64,000 nucleotides of DNA from an uncultured Alphaproteobacteria bacterium (lineage in GTDB: Bacteria; Pseudomonadota; Alphaproteobacteria; CBDUYM01), in contig CBDUYM010000006.1 of assembly GCA_965371465.1 (NCBI GenBank), positions 73,768 through 137,767 of the forward strand, given 5' to 3'. The first letter of the stretch is position 1; each line of letters opens with the position of its first letter. Shown here one piece after another: positions 48,255-57,699 of this stretch. The position numbers and the translations under genes were made by a program. Under the pieces are notes generated by a model. It made no database searches and was not told where the DNA came from. It saw only the letters and a program-made list of their open reading frames with translations.

Positions 48255-48403
48255 GCCCGCTACCAAAGATTGCCGACTAAGGGCGGCCTGTCTCAGGATG
48301 GGCCGCCTCTCTTGTTCTGGCGGAGTCTGCATGACATTTTCAGCCGTCCCTGATAGGTTCGGCGCCAACGTATCCAGAACCCAGCAAACGAGGGAATTGC
48401 CCT

Positions 48404-49627
48404 ATGGATCTCAATTTTTCAGCCGAAGATGAAACCTTTCGCGCCGAAGTTCGTGAATTTTTCGAAACGGCGCCTTCAGAAGAGATAAAGAAGGGTGGTG
48501 GCTTTGGCGGTGGCGGCGGATGGGCCATGGGCGGCGGTCCTTCGCGCGAAGCGATGCAGGAATGGCAGTCTCAGCTCGTCGAAAAAGGCTGGGTCGCGCC
48601 GAAATGGCCGGCCGAATTTGGCGGCCCTGGATGGTCACCGACACAGCGCTTTATCTATGACGAGGAAAGCGCTCGCTCCGGTCTGCCGATGCCAGGTGGC
48701 TTTGGCATTTCCATGATTGGACCGATCATTGGCACATATGGCAATGATGAGCAGAAAGAACGTTTTATGCCTGACATCATGCATGGCCGAGTGAACTGGT
48801 GTCAGGGTTACTCCGAACGGGGTGCCGGCTCTGATCTAGCGAACCTCGCCTGTTCGGCAAAGCTTGAAGGCGATCATTACGTGGTCAATGGCCACAAAAT
48901 CTGGACGTCCGGTGCGCAGTTTGCTGACTGGATTTTCTGTCTCACCCGGACTTCGACCGAAGGCAAAAGGCAGGAGGGGATCACGTTCCTGCTCTTTGAC
49001 CTGACGAGCGAAGGCGTCGATCGACGTCCGATAAAGACGATGGCCGGCGTTGAACCGTTCTGCGAATGTTTCTTCGACAATGTCAAAGTGCCGGTCGAAA
49101 ATCGCATCGGTGAAGAAAACAAAGGCTGGACCTATGCCAAAGTGCTGTTGCAGCACGAACGCACCGGCCAGGCCGGTGTAAGGTCCTCGAAGGCCTCCAT
49201 CAAGCAGCTGAAGAAAGTTGCCCAGACAGAAATGGACGGTGAGAACGGGTCGCTCTGGGACGATGCACGTTTCAGGGATCAGCTTCACGATATCGAAATC
49301 GAGGTCGAGGCCCTTCAGTATTCGGAACTTCAGACGCTTGCAGATGCGGCGGCAGGTCGATTACCGGGGCCGGGCAGCTCATATCTGAAATGTGTTGGCA
49401 CTGAATTGTCCCAAAAGCTTCAGGAAATCCAGATCGATGTCGCCGGCCACTACGTCGCACCCAACCTTCTGGGCATGAGCCAGAGCGGCGACAACACAGG
49501 TCCAGTCGGCCCGATGCAGCATATGGGTTCATCCCTTGGCTACCTCATGGGCCGCGCCATGACGATCTATGGCGGTTCTTCGGAAGTGCAGCGGAATGTG
49601 ATGGCCAAGAACGTGCTTGGGCTGTAA
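48404..49627 (+). CDS. acyl-CoA dehydrogenase family protein (paralog, Gly-rich insert)
   Basis: About 70% identity to the upstream paralog, with insert GGGFGGGGGWAMGGGPSREAM. Confidence 0.8.
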   Translation: MDLNFSAEDETFRAEVREFFETAPSEEIKKGGGFGGGGGWAMGGGPSREAMQEWQSQLVEKGWVAPKWPAEFGGPGWSPTQRFIYDEESARSGLPMPGGFGISMIGPIIGTYGNDEQKERFMPDIMHGRVNWCQGYSERGAGSDLANLACSAKLEGDHYVVNGHKIWTSGAQFADWIFCLTRTSTEGKRQEGITFLLFDLTSEGVDRRPIKTMAGVEPFCECFFDNVKVPVENRIGEENKGWTYAKVLLQHERTGQAGVRSSKASIKQLKKVAQTEMDGENGSLWDDARFRDQLHDIEIEVEALQYSELQTLADAAAGRLPGPGSSYLKCVGTELSQKLQEIQIDVAGHYVAPNLLGMSQSGDNTGPVGPMQHMGSSLGYLMGRAMTIYGGSSEVQRNVMAKNVLGL

Positions 49628-49649
49628 CAGCGCACAATACGGCGATTCG

Positions 49650-49685
49650 AGGGGTGCCCTGTTATCAGCGGCGCCCCTTTTTTCC
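49650..49685 (+). terminator. rho-independent terminator after second ACAD paralog
   Basis: AGGGGUGCC-N11-GGCGCCCCU hairpin followed by TTTTTTCC. Confidence 0.6.
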
Positions 49686-49797
49686 ATCTCAGGGTGGTCC
49701 AACAGCTGAAATTCGCTTTATAGTGTATGCCTCAAGTCATTTATTGGTGCGGAACAGCAAGTTGTCACCGCGACCCGTTTCTGGGGGGACATGAGAT

Positions 49798-51264
49798 TTG
49801 AACGGCCTCTTCACACGGCTCAAGGAAAGCAGGACTTTCAAGTTCGGCGCTGCCTATATGGTTGGCGGCTGGGTGATGATTCAAGTCGCCGCGACGACGT
49901 TTTCGCGCATCGGCATGCCGCTCTGGTCAGAAATCACTGTCATTTACGGTGTCGGCGCCGGATTTATTCCGTTCGTCATCCTGATCTGGGTCTATGAGGC
50001 TCGTGCCCGCAAGCAGGCGACACATGTTGAAATCCGCGGCCCCGTCTTGCCGCGTAAGGCAGATGATGGCCGGCCGTCAATCGCCGTGCTGCCATTTGCA
50101 GATCGCTCCCCCGGCACGGATCGCGCCTACATGGCCCAGGGCATGACAGAGGAGATTGCAACGCTCCTGAGCCAGTTGCCCGATCTTTTCATCATCGGTC
50201 AGAATTCCAGCATGCTGTATGCCGAAGCGGACGTGGACGACCAGACCATCGCCAAAGATCTTGGCGTCCGGTATCTCTTGCGGGGCAGTGTTCAGGCGAG
50301 CCAGGGCCAGATGCATGTGACCGCGCAGCTGGTTGATGGGGAAAGCGGCAATCAGGTCTGGGCCGATCGCTATGAAGGAGCGGAAGATACGCTGTTTGAT
50401 GTCCAGGATCAGGTGTCCCGTGCAATCGCGAGCCTGTTGGGTGGCGAAATCATGCTGCGCGAAATCATGCGCATCGAACGGAGGCCACCAGAAAATCTAA
50501 ACGCCTGGGAATATTATGTGATGGCGCAAAACGCTTACTATCGACAGCAGAGCGATCGAAAATACAGGATGGCTGTCGACCTGGCTGAGAAAGCGATAGC
50601 TGCTGACCCGGGCTTTGCCCATGCTCATTCGTTGATCGCGGTGGCGGCATCAAGTTCAGCCATAACGCAAGTCTCGGATGATCCAGAGGCGGATCGGGCG
50701 CGCGGCGCCCTCGCTCTTGAGGAGGCCATGAAGCTCTCGCCTGATGACCCGCGCATTCTCGCTGAATGCGCCAACGCGAACTCTTGTCTCGGTAACCCGG
50801 ATCGAGCCTTTGATCTGGCCACCCAGGCCGTCGCCAACGCACCTTGTTTCGCTGGGGCAATAAGTATCCTGGGCCTCACCTATCTGACCCTTGGCGACGC
50901 GGATAACGCCATTGAATTTATCGAGCGGTCCATTCAGATAAGTCCCCGGGACGCACAGATGCCGCAATGGCTCTATTGGCTCTGCTGGGCTTACACCATC
51001 AAGGATGATTTCGTCACGGCGCTGGAGATGGCGGACCGGTCCATTGAGCGAAATCCCGAAGCTTTCCTCGCCTGGGTTTGCAAGACAAACGTGCTCGGCT
51101 ATCTCGGGCGGAACGAAGAAGCACGCGCCGCTGCTGCACGGACAAAGGAACTCTTCAGCGATTTCTCGGCAGATCTTACGGAAGAGGCGGCAGGCGAGTT
51201 TTTCGCGACACCTGAAGTGGTTGCCAAGATTCATGGCGGCATGCGTAAAGCCGGGATCAAGTAG
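49798..51264 (+). CDS. membrane-anchored TPR-repeat protein with TolB-N-like domain
   Basis: Two N-terminal TM helices, a SIAVLPFADRSPG...YLLRGSV TolB-N-like segment, then C-terminal TPR repeats. Start uncertain: TTG 49798 has a GGGGGGA RBS, with ATG 49858 as an alternative. Confidence 0.55.
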   Translation: MNGLFTRLKESRTFKFGAAYMVGGWVMIQVAATTFSRIGMPLWSEITVIYGVGAGFIPFVILIWVYEARARKQATHVEIRGPVLPRKADDGRPSIAVLPFADRSPGTDRAYMAQGMTEEIATLLSQLPDLFIIGQNSSMLYAEADVDDQTIAKDLGVRYLLRGSVQASQGQMHVTAQLVDGESGNQVWADRYEGAEDTLFDVQDQVSRAIASLLGGEIMLREIMRIERRPPENLNAWEYYVMAQNAYYRQQSDRKYRMAVDLAEKAIAADPGFAHAHSLIAVAASSSAITQVSDDPEADRARGALALEEAMKLSPDDPRILAECANANSCLGNPDRAFDLATQAVANAPCFAGAISILGLTYLTLGDADNAIEFIERSIQISPRDAQMPQWLYWLCWAYTIKDDFVTALEMADRSIERNPEAFLAWVCKTNVLGYLGRNEEARAAAARTKELFSDFSADLTEEAAGEFFATPEVVAKIHGGMRKAGIK

Positions 51265-51348
51265 GCAATAGCAGGATATGCAGAGCGAATCCGGCCTGCT
51301 AGTGTCCGCCAAATTCACCGACAAACTCTTCAGTCAGGAGTGCTGCCC

Positions 51349-52554
51349 ATGAATCTCGCATTCAGCCGGGACGACGAAGCGTTTCGCGAGCAAGTTCGAT
51401 CTTTCTTTGAGGATTCCATATCGGATGACCTCAGGACACGCGTGAGCGCAGGCGGTGAAGAAGGCTTTGATCGGGAAGCCGGTACAGAGTTCCAGACGCT
51501 GCTCGCAGAAAAGGGTTGGGCGGTTCCCAAATGGCCGGTGGAAGCGGGCGGGCCGGGCTGGTCACCAACCCAGCGATATATCTATGACGAAGAACTTGTG
51601 CGCGCAGGACTGCCGCAGACCGGCGGCTTTGGCATCACCATGCTCGGGCCGATCCTGTTCACTTACGGCAACGATGAACAGAAGAAGCGCTGGCTTGATG
51701 ACATCATCTATAACCGCACGATCTGGTGTCAGGGGTATTCCGAGCGGGGCGCGGGCTCAGATCTTGCCGGGCTGCAATTGTCGGCAAAACTTGAAGGCGA
51801 CAATTACATTGTCAACGGCCACAAGATCTGGACATCGGGCGCTGACATGGCGGACTGGATTTTCTGCCTGACCCGAACTTGGGGCGAAGGAAAGAAGCAG
51901 GAGGGGATCACGTTTCTGCTTTTCGACATGAAGTCGCCAGGCATCGAAGTACGGCCAATTCGGCTGATTTCGGGTGAGTTTACGGTCAACGAAGTCTTTT
52001 TCGACAATGTCAAAGTGCCCGCAGATCAGCGTATCGGCGAGGAGGGTAAAGGCTGGACCTATGCCAAGGTGCTTTTGCAGAACGAACGCACCGGCATCGC
52101 CGGGGTTGCAGGATCAAAGCAATCGATGCAGCGACTGCGCCGGATCGTATCAGAGGAGCCGGACGGTGAAGGTGGCGCGCTGAAGGAAAATGCTGACTTC
52201 AAAACCCGTATGGACCTGATTGATCTGGAGCTTGAAGGCCTTAACTACACCGAGCTTCAGTCACTGGCCGAAGCAGCGGCCGGCAAGTTTCCCGGTCCGG
52301 GATCGTCCTATCTGAAAGTGAAGGGCACGGAACTTCAGCAGGCCATATCAGAGCTTTATGTAGAAGCTTCAGCCTACTATGCCCACACGTCGTCGAACCT
52401 GATGAGCGAGTTTGGCTCGAACGTCGGCACGATTGGGCCCGACTGGACGCCAGCGGTTACGCAAGATTACATGGGCGGTCGCGCCGCGACGATCTATGGC
52501 GGCTCAAACGAGATCAACCGAAACGTCATCGCGAAGGCAGTGCTCGGGCTTTAG
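51349..52554 (+). CDS. acyl-CoA dehydrogenase family protein (third paralog, no Gly-rich insert)
   Basis: MNLAFSRDDEAFREQVRSFFED parallels the other two paralogs. Start at ATG 51349, which has an AGGAG RBS. Confidence 0.8.
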   Translation: MNLAFSRDDEAFREQVRSFFEDSISDDLRTRVSAGGEEGFDREAGTEFQTLLAEKGWAVPKWPVEAGGPGWSPTQRYIYDEELVRAGLPQTGGFGITMLGPILFTYGNDEQKKRWLDDIIYNRTIWCQGYSERGAGSDLAGLQLSAKLEGDNYIVNGHKIWTSGADMADWIFCLTRTWGEGKKQEGITFLLFDMKSPGIEVRPIRLISGEFTVNEVFFDNVKVPADQRIGEEGKGWTYAKVLLQNERTGIAGVAGSKQSMQRLRRIVSEEPDGEGGALKENADFKTRMDLIDLELEGLNYTELQSLAEAAAGKFPGPGSSYLKVKGTELQQAISELYVEASAYYAHTSSNLMSEFGSNVGTIGPDWTPAVTQDYMGGRAATIYGGSNEINRNVIAKAVLGL

Positions 52555-52577
52555 CAGAACAACCGGAAAATCGGCAT

Positions 52578-53558
52578 CTAACCCCAGAGATCCACAGGCG
52601 GAGCGCCCATCAAGGCACCATTTATCGGAATGCCTGGCGAATGATCGCGGGCCAGCAGAAGCGGGCCATCGAGATCGACATAGTCCGCAAAGCTTTCAAG
52701 CATGAGGGCCGGCGCCACGCCGAGCGATGTGCATAGCATGCAACCGACCATAATCATCAGGCCCCGGTCCCTGGCTGCCTTGGCTACCCTGAGCCCTTCA
52801 GTCAGACCGCCGGTCTTGTCGAGCTTGACGTTGACGCATTGATAGCGTTCAGAAATCTCATCGAGATCATCGACATTGTGGAAGCTTTCGTCGGCGCAAA
52901 GTGGAATGGAGTAGTCGATTTCCTTCAGGGCGCCGTCCTTGCCGGCTGGCAGGGGCTGCTCGATCAGAATGACGCCAAGCGCATCCATTCGATCCTCAAT
53001 TGTCACCAGATCATCAATGGACCAGGCTTCGTTCGCATCGACAATGATTGTCGCACTTGGGGAGCCTGATCGCACGGCTTCCAGCCGTTCGAGAATCACA
53101 TCGCCGTCAAGCTTGACCTTCAGAAGCGGCATGTGAATTGCCGAACTGGCGGCGGCCTGCATCTTTTGGGGTGTATCGATACTGATGGTGTAAGCCGTCA
53201 AGACATCCTTCGGTTCACGCAGGGTCGCCATGTCCCAGACCCGTTCGCCCAGATGCTTGGCTTCGAGATCCCAAAGAGCACAATCGACGCCATTTCTGGC
53301 CGCCCCCGGTTTCATGGCGTCAAGAAGGTCGCCGCGGTGAATTCCGGCCTCAATGGCCGCGCGTGCCGCTTCGATTTCAGCGATGACGCTTTCAATGCTT
53401 TCGCCATAGCGGGGGTAGGGGACGCATTCGGCACGGCCGCGCACACCTTCGTCGCCAATTTCAACGGCCAGGAGATCGACTTCCGTGCGGCTGCCTCGCG
53501 AAATTGTGAACGCGCCGCTGATGGGCCAGACTTCATGCCGTATTTCAAGTGTGCGCAT
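52578..53558 (-). CDS. dipeptide epimerase (enolase superfamily, L-Ala-D/L-Glu epimerase-like)
   Basis: Mandelate-racemase/muconate-lactonizing family pattern, including the KVKLDG and DANEAW metal-ligand contexts. Confidence 0.75.
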   Translation of the reverse strand: MRTLEIRHEVWPISGAFTISRGSRTEVDLLAVEIGDEGVRGRAECVPYPRYGESIESVIAEIEAARAAIEAGIHRGDLLDAMKPGAARNGVDCALWDLEAKHLGERVWDMATLREPKDVLTAYTISIDTPQKMQAAASSAIHMPLLKVKLDGDVILERLEAVRSGSPSATIIVDANEAWSIDDLVTIEDRMDALGVILIEQPLPAGKDGALKEIDYSIPLCADESFHNVDDLDEISERYQCVNVKLDKTGGLTEGLRVAKAARDRGLMIMVGCMLCTSLGVAPALMLESFADYVDLDGPLLLARDHSPGIPINGALMGAPPVDLWG

Positions 53559-53678
53559 TCATTGTTCCCGGCTGTGGCGGTTAGGGTGCGACGATTTTTG
53601 TGGGCGCAGGCGCACCAGCTGCCTTATAACCGGGAGCAGAACCCGGAACAACCCAAGCCGACGAAAGATAGACTTCTG

Positions 53679-54212
53679 ATGAGCGAAACCGTCCTCATAT
53701 CCATCACAGGTGAAGATCAGGTTGGGTTGATTGCCAAGGTAACCGGCACGCTTTATGAGCTTGGCGCGAACCTTTCCGACACCAGCTTTTCGGTGCTGGG
53801 CCATGGTTTCGAGTTTACATCTGTCTGCGAAATACTGGATGTGGATACGGATCCGGAAACCATCGAAGCGGCGCTCAACTCTCTGCCTGAACTTGAAAAC
53901 GCCCGGATCGAAGTGCAAGACTTCCATCTTGAGCCGACAGCGACGGAGCGCGGCGTGATCACGCATCGCATGACAATCTCTGGTGGGGATCAACCTGGGC
54001 TCGTGGCAAGGCTTTCCGAAGTGTTCATCGAATTCCATGCCAATGTTATCCGGATGAATTGTCGCCGGCATGTGACCGCCTCTGGCACCGAATATGTTAC
54101 AACGTTCGCGGTTTCCATCCCAGAAGATCGTGCCGCCCATTGTCTCGCGGCGATCAGCAACACTGCCGGCAGCTTACGGCTTCAGGCTGAATGGACCGCA
54201 GTGGAAGATTGA
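53679..54212 (+). CDS. ACT-domain pair protein (GcvR-like)
   Basis: Two ACT-like modules (LISITGEDQVGLIAKVT... and MTISGGDQPGLVARLSEVF...), 177 aa. The N-terminal extension of the ORF overlaps the epimerase and was rejected. Confidence 0.6.
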   Translation: MSETVLISITGEDQVGLIAKVTGTLYELGANLSDTSFSVLGHGFEFTSVCEILDVDTDPETIEAALNSLPELENARIEVQDFHLEPTATERGVITHRMTISGGDQPGLVARLSEVFIEFHANVIRMNCRRHVTASGTEYVTTFAVSIPEDRAAHCLAAISNTAGSLRLQAEWTAVED

Positions 54213-54214
54213 GT

Positions 54215-54922
54215 ATGTGGATCAAGACCCCATCGAAAAAACGTCTGAAAGATATGGCCGCGGCAGGCGCTGAAATCCAGGAGTGTTTGCGGGTTCTGCA
54301 AAAGGCCAGCGCCAACATCGTTGGTCAGGTGATTGCTAACCAGGGCACTTTCTATGAGTGGAACCACTATCCTGAAGGCGACATTTACGACAATGAAACC
54401 CACGCTCAATACTACTACCACTCTCATCCTCGCGAAGACGGCAGTCAGCCTGCCGAGCATGGGCACTTTCATTTGTTCCTGCGCGCCAAAGGGATGCCAA
54501 AGGGAATCAGGCCGGCCCCTTACAAGGGAGACTGGGAACGGCCTCTCGGTAATGACTCACTCTGCCATCTGATCGGCATTTCCATGGATCAGGCGGGGTT
54601 TCCGACTGCGCTGTTCACGACAAACCGCTGGGTCACCGGTGAAACCTTTTACAAGGCGCCAGATGTCGCAAAAATGCTGGATCGCTTTCAAATTGATCAT
54701 ACATTCCCATGCTGGGCTACAAATCGCTGGCTAAGCGCCATGGTGCAGCTTTTTCACGCAGACATTTGCGAGATGGTGGCAGAGCGTGATCAAGTCATCG
54801 CCGAACATCTGGCAGCGCATCCCTCAGACGATGTCTACGAAGACCGCACCCTTGAGATCACGACCAAGAGAATGATCTCGGTGGCCAAGCAGATCGCTCT
54901 GATTGATGAACAGACGCATTGA
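54215..54922 (+). CDS. conserved hypothetical protein with His-rich motif
   Basis: 236 aa with a YYYHSHP...EHGHFHLF cluster. Lies 2 nt after the ACT gene stop. No confident family. Confidence 0.45.
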   Translation: MWIKTPSKKRLKDMAAAGAEIQECLRVLQKASANIVGQVIANQGTFYEWNHYPEGDIYDNETHAQYYYHSHPREDGSQPAEHGHFHLFLRAKGMPKGIRPAPYKGDWERPLGNDSLCHLIGISMDQAGFPTALFTTNRWVTGETFYKAPDVAKMLDRFQIDHTFPCWATNRWLSAMVQLFHADICEMVAERDQVIAEHLAAHPSDDVYEDRTLEITTKRMISVAKQIALIDEQTH

Positions 54923-54942
54923 ACACAGCTTGCAGGACCTCG

Positions 54943-55395
54943 TCAGTTGCTGCGACTGACGTCAAGAAATTCGCGCAATTCCTGTAACTTTGGAAGTATC
55001 CCAAGAATCGAATCCAAATCGAGATTCTCGTTGATCTGGTCGAGCGTCGGGCCAACAGCGGCGAGGGCGCGCTTTCGAAATTCGTGACCGGCGGGCGTGA
55101 GGTAGACGAGCTTTGACCGGCCATCTTCAGGATTGCTGCGGATTTCAATGAATCCGCGGGCTGACAGCTTCGACAGCGTATTGGTCATGGTGGCTTTCGT
55201 GACCTGGAAGGCTGCTGCAATACGAACCGGTGTGCGCCCGTCACCAAGCCGGCTCAGGTGATTGAGGACGCTGAAGTGTGAGACGTGCAGACCTTCCGGC
55301 ATGAGGCGGTTGAACTCGTTGCTGGCAAGCTGTTGGATGATGCCGATCTCATTCAAGAGCTGAAACAGGCGTTGTCTTCGGGTTTCGTCGTCCAA
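54943..55395 (-). CDS. MarR family transcriptional regulator
   Basis: Winged-helix core SHFSVLNHLSRLGDGRTPVRIAAAFQVTKATMTNTLSKLSARGFIE. Start uncertain: TTG 55395 with a GGGAG RBS, or ATG 55461/55452, which would overlap the upstream gene by ~55-60 nt. Confidence 0.7.
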   Translation of the reverse strand: MDDETRRQRLFQLLNEIGIIQQLASNEFNRLMPEGLHVSHFSVLNHLSRLGDGRTPVRIAAAFQVTKATMTNTLSKLSARGFIEIRSNPEDGRSKLVYLTPAGHEFRKRALAAVGPTLDQINENLDLDSILGILPKLQELREFLDVSRSN

Positions 55396-55399
55396 GCGC

Positions 55400-56548
55400 C
55401 TAACTCCCAATAACTTTCGCTTCGATCGGCCATCTCGGGCCTGGCGGCACATCCGGTGCATAGCCGAGCCGCGCCAACATCTGCACGGTACCACCGTCAG
55501 GCGCAAGCGTGTCGCGACATTCGGCATAAAGCGCGTCCATTTCCGGGTATTCCTGCAGGGCCTGGCTCATCGGCTGCGTGCCGGTGCCGGCTCTCGTAGC
55601 GGCGAGATTGACGCGTAACCAGTTACGTCCTGCATCAAGCTGATCCTGCCGTGTGTTGGTCGGGGTCACCAACCAGACATAACCCATGGCGGTGTCGCAA
55701 TTGATCATCACGGCGTCGATACCCTGAGAGTAAGCCGCTGACGTTGGATCGAGGGCGGCTTCGCGCGTGAAGAAACCGACAGCGGCAAGGCTGTCGAACA
55801 TTACTCCTGAAAAATCGATACCGTCGGGATCAGCTTCTATTTCAGCCTTGCCGATGCGGAAAAGGTCAACACTTTCCCGATAGGTGCGGGGTGTCTCAAG
55901 CTCGACGGCCATGGCTTCGTGTGTCAAGCGCCGCAGATTGGCGACGGCATCCGGATCATTGGTCGTGCCGATGATTGAGCCTGCGGGGACAGCGTCTCTC
56001 AGTGAGGCCAGAACAGCGTCGGGCACATGATGATTGAGGTCATAGGGTTCTTTCAGTGATCGCCGTGCCAGTACCTGACCAAAGAGCGGGTCTTTGATGA
56101 CATCTGCGTCCTCAATAAACGTGATTGCAGCGACCGGGCGTCCGTCCAGACCGGCTGCATCACTGCCTAAGGGAAAAGCGTCAACTTCGAGGCGATAGCC
56201 GTCTTCAGCGGCGGCCATGCGCAGGAGATCAAGGAAACAGCCGAGCCCGATCGTGATCTGCCGGTTGAACGGATCCGTGGCCGGCAACATCTTGTCCGTG
56301 TCGATGGTCAGCGTGACCTTGTCAGCCTCGCTTAGATCAACCAGCCAGGGCTGGCGATTGTGTGGGTTGGGGGCGAGGATGGCATAGGAAAGAGCCTTCA
56401 TCCGGGGCTCTGTATAGGCCGATCCGGCCAGCGACCAGGGCGCCAGGGCCCTGGTGGGCGTGCGCGTCAGAACATAGCCGGTTGACGCTGCCGCCGCTGA
56501 AACAATCACCCCACCGCCGACTACGGCGAGAAACTTGCGCCTGTCCAT
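55400..56548 (-). CDS. Tat-signal nitroreductase-family protein
   Basis: Twin-arginine signal MDRRKFLAVVGGG and nitroreductase-family motif NPHNRQPW. 382 aa. Confidence 0.65.
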   Translation of the reverse strand: MDRRKFLAVVGGGVIVSAAAASTGYVLTRTPTRALAPWSLAGSAYTEPRMKALSYAILAPNPHNRQPWLVDLSEADKVTLTIDTDKMLPATDPFNRQITIGLGCFLDLLRMAAAEDGYRLEVDAFPLGSDAAGLDGRPVAAITFIEDADVIKDPLFGQVLARRSLKEPYDLNHHVPDAVLASLRDAVPAGSIIGTTNDPDAVANLRRLTHEAMAVELETPRTYRESVDLFRIGKAEIEADPDGIDFSGVMFDSLAAVGFFTREAALDPTSAAYSQGIDAVMINCDTAMGYVWLVTPTNTRQDQLDAGRNWLRVNLAATRAGTGTQPMSQALQEYPEMDALYAECRDTLAPDGGTVQMLARLGYAPDVPPGPRWPIEAKVIGS

Positions 56549-56558
56549 GATGATCTCC

Positions 56559-56597
56559 TAGTTAGACATCGAACTATTATCGTTTGATGTCTAACTA
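56559..56597. promoter_or_regulatory. operator-like perfect inverted repeat TAGTTAGACATC-N15-GATGTCTAACTA (candidate MarR site)
   Basis: 12-bp perfect inverted repeat arms at 56559-56570 and 56586-56597, immediately upstream of the nitroreductase RBS (GGAGA at 56553-56557) and ATG 56548. Confidence 0.5.
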
Positions 56598-56612
56598 ATT
56601 TTCCGGCAGGTG

Positions 56613-57407
56613 TCAAGCCTGCGCCGCCAACGCTTCCTTCAGGCTCGCTGCCACCGCTGCTTCATCTGAACCCTCAACAATCCTGATCCGGCTCTTGTCG
56701 GCCAGACTGTTTACTTCAGTTTCGAGATCCTTGAAATACATGTCGCGAATGTAACGGTATTTTCGCTCTTCTGAACAAATGAGACTGTCAAAGCGCGACT
56801 GGGATTCGGCGAGAACGGTGTCTCGAATGGATGAAAGATTTCTCGAAAAATCGACGCCGACCCGGGCGCCCGGGAAGTCCGGATGGGTCACGATGTGCAC
56901 CGTCCGCGCCGGATCACCAATGAGCTCGTCATTGATCTCAAAGCCATCGGTCTCGCCGAGCGAGCTTATCCAATCCCTTTCCAACGGAATTTTGATACCC
57001 GTAATCCCGCCGGTCTCTATGACCTCATGACCTGGTTTAACAATGACGATGTGGACGCCATGCTCGCCCACCACATGACGGAGGAAGTTATTGATGTAAC
57101 CATCCAGGAGTGCATGGATCACGGCGGTTCGCTGCGGCCCGGCAGACAATGAAATTGTGAAAAATACACCAAGCAAAATGGCGGGGACGGCGGCAGCAGT
57201 TTCCCATATTTTGGTGCAAACTGAATCCGCATCGCCGATTTGCTGCGAGGCGATGAGGTCCGCTGAATAGGCGCAAAGTGAAGCTTCAAGCGTCGAATCA
57301 TAGAGCCATGCCGTCGCCGCAAGTGCGAACGAGATAAGCCCGAGGCTCACGGTAAAGAAGCGATGAAACTTCAGATATTCCGCGACGACACATATTGGTT
57401 TCAACAT
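56613..57407 (-). CDS. hypothetical membrane-anchored protein
   Basis: N-terminal TM helix FFTVSLGLISFALAATAWLY. Start at ATG 57407, which has a GGGGGAA RBS. No family recognised. Confidence 0.45.
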   Translation of the reverse strand: MLKPICVVAEYLKFHRFFTVSLGLISFALAATAWLYDSTLEASLCAYSADLIASQQIGDADSVCTKIWETAAAVPAILLGVFFTISLSAGPQRTAVIHALLDGYINNFLRHVVGEHGVHIVIVKPGHEVIETGGITGIKIPLERDWISSLGETDGFEINDELIGDPARTVHIVTHPDFPGARVGVDFSRNLSSIRDTVLAESQSRFDSLICSEERKYRYIRDMYFKDLETEVNSLADKSRIRIVEGSDEAAVAASLKEALAAQA

Positions 57408-57699
57408 TCGAGAATTCCCCCTGCCGGCCCAACGATGCCGCAATTGGCGACTATTATAGGTTAACAGGTACGAACTGTTCCAGAGCTTGCTCAGATGGGA
57501 ATTCAATTGGGAACTGGCCATGCACCATAAGCGTAAGAAGCCAAAGTCCAGCCGCGCGGGATGTCTTTTTTGTAAGCCTCACAAGCGCCAGGGATCGAAG
57601 CTTTCTGAGCGTCAGAATGGTGGCAACCTGCGCCGCCTCTCGGCAGCCAACGACAAAGTGCACGAGGCTGGACTCTGCGCTCAAAACTGAACGCCTGCC

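Noticed and set aside
53133-53678. N-terminal 182-aa extension of the ACT-domain ORF
   Set aside because: It overlaps the dipeptide epimerase on the opposite strand and has no domain. Start moved to ATG 53679.
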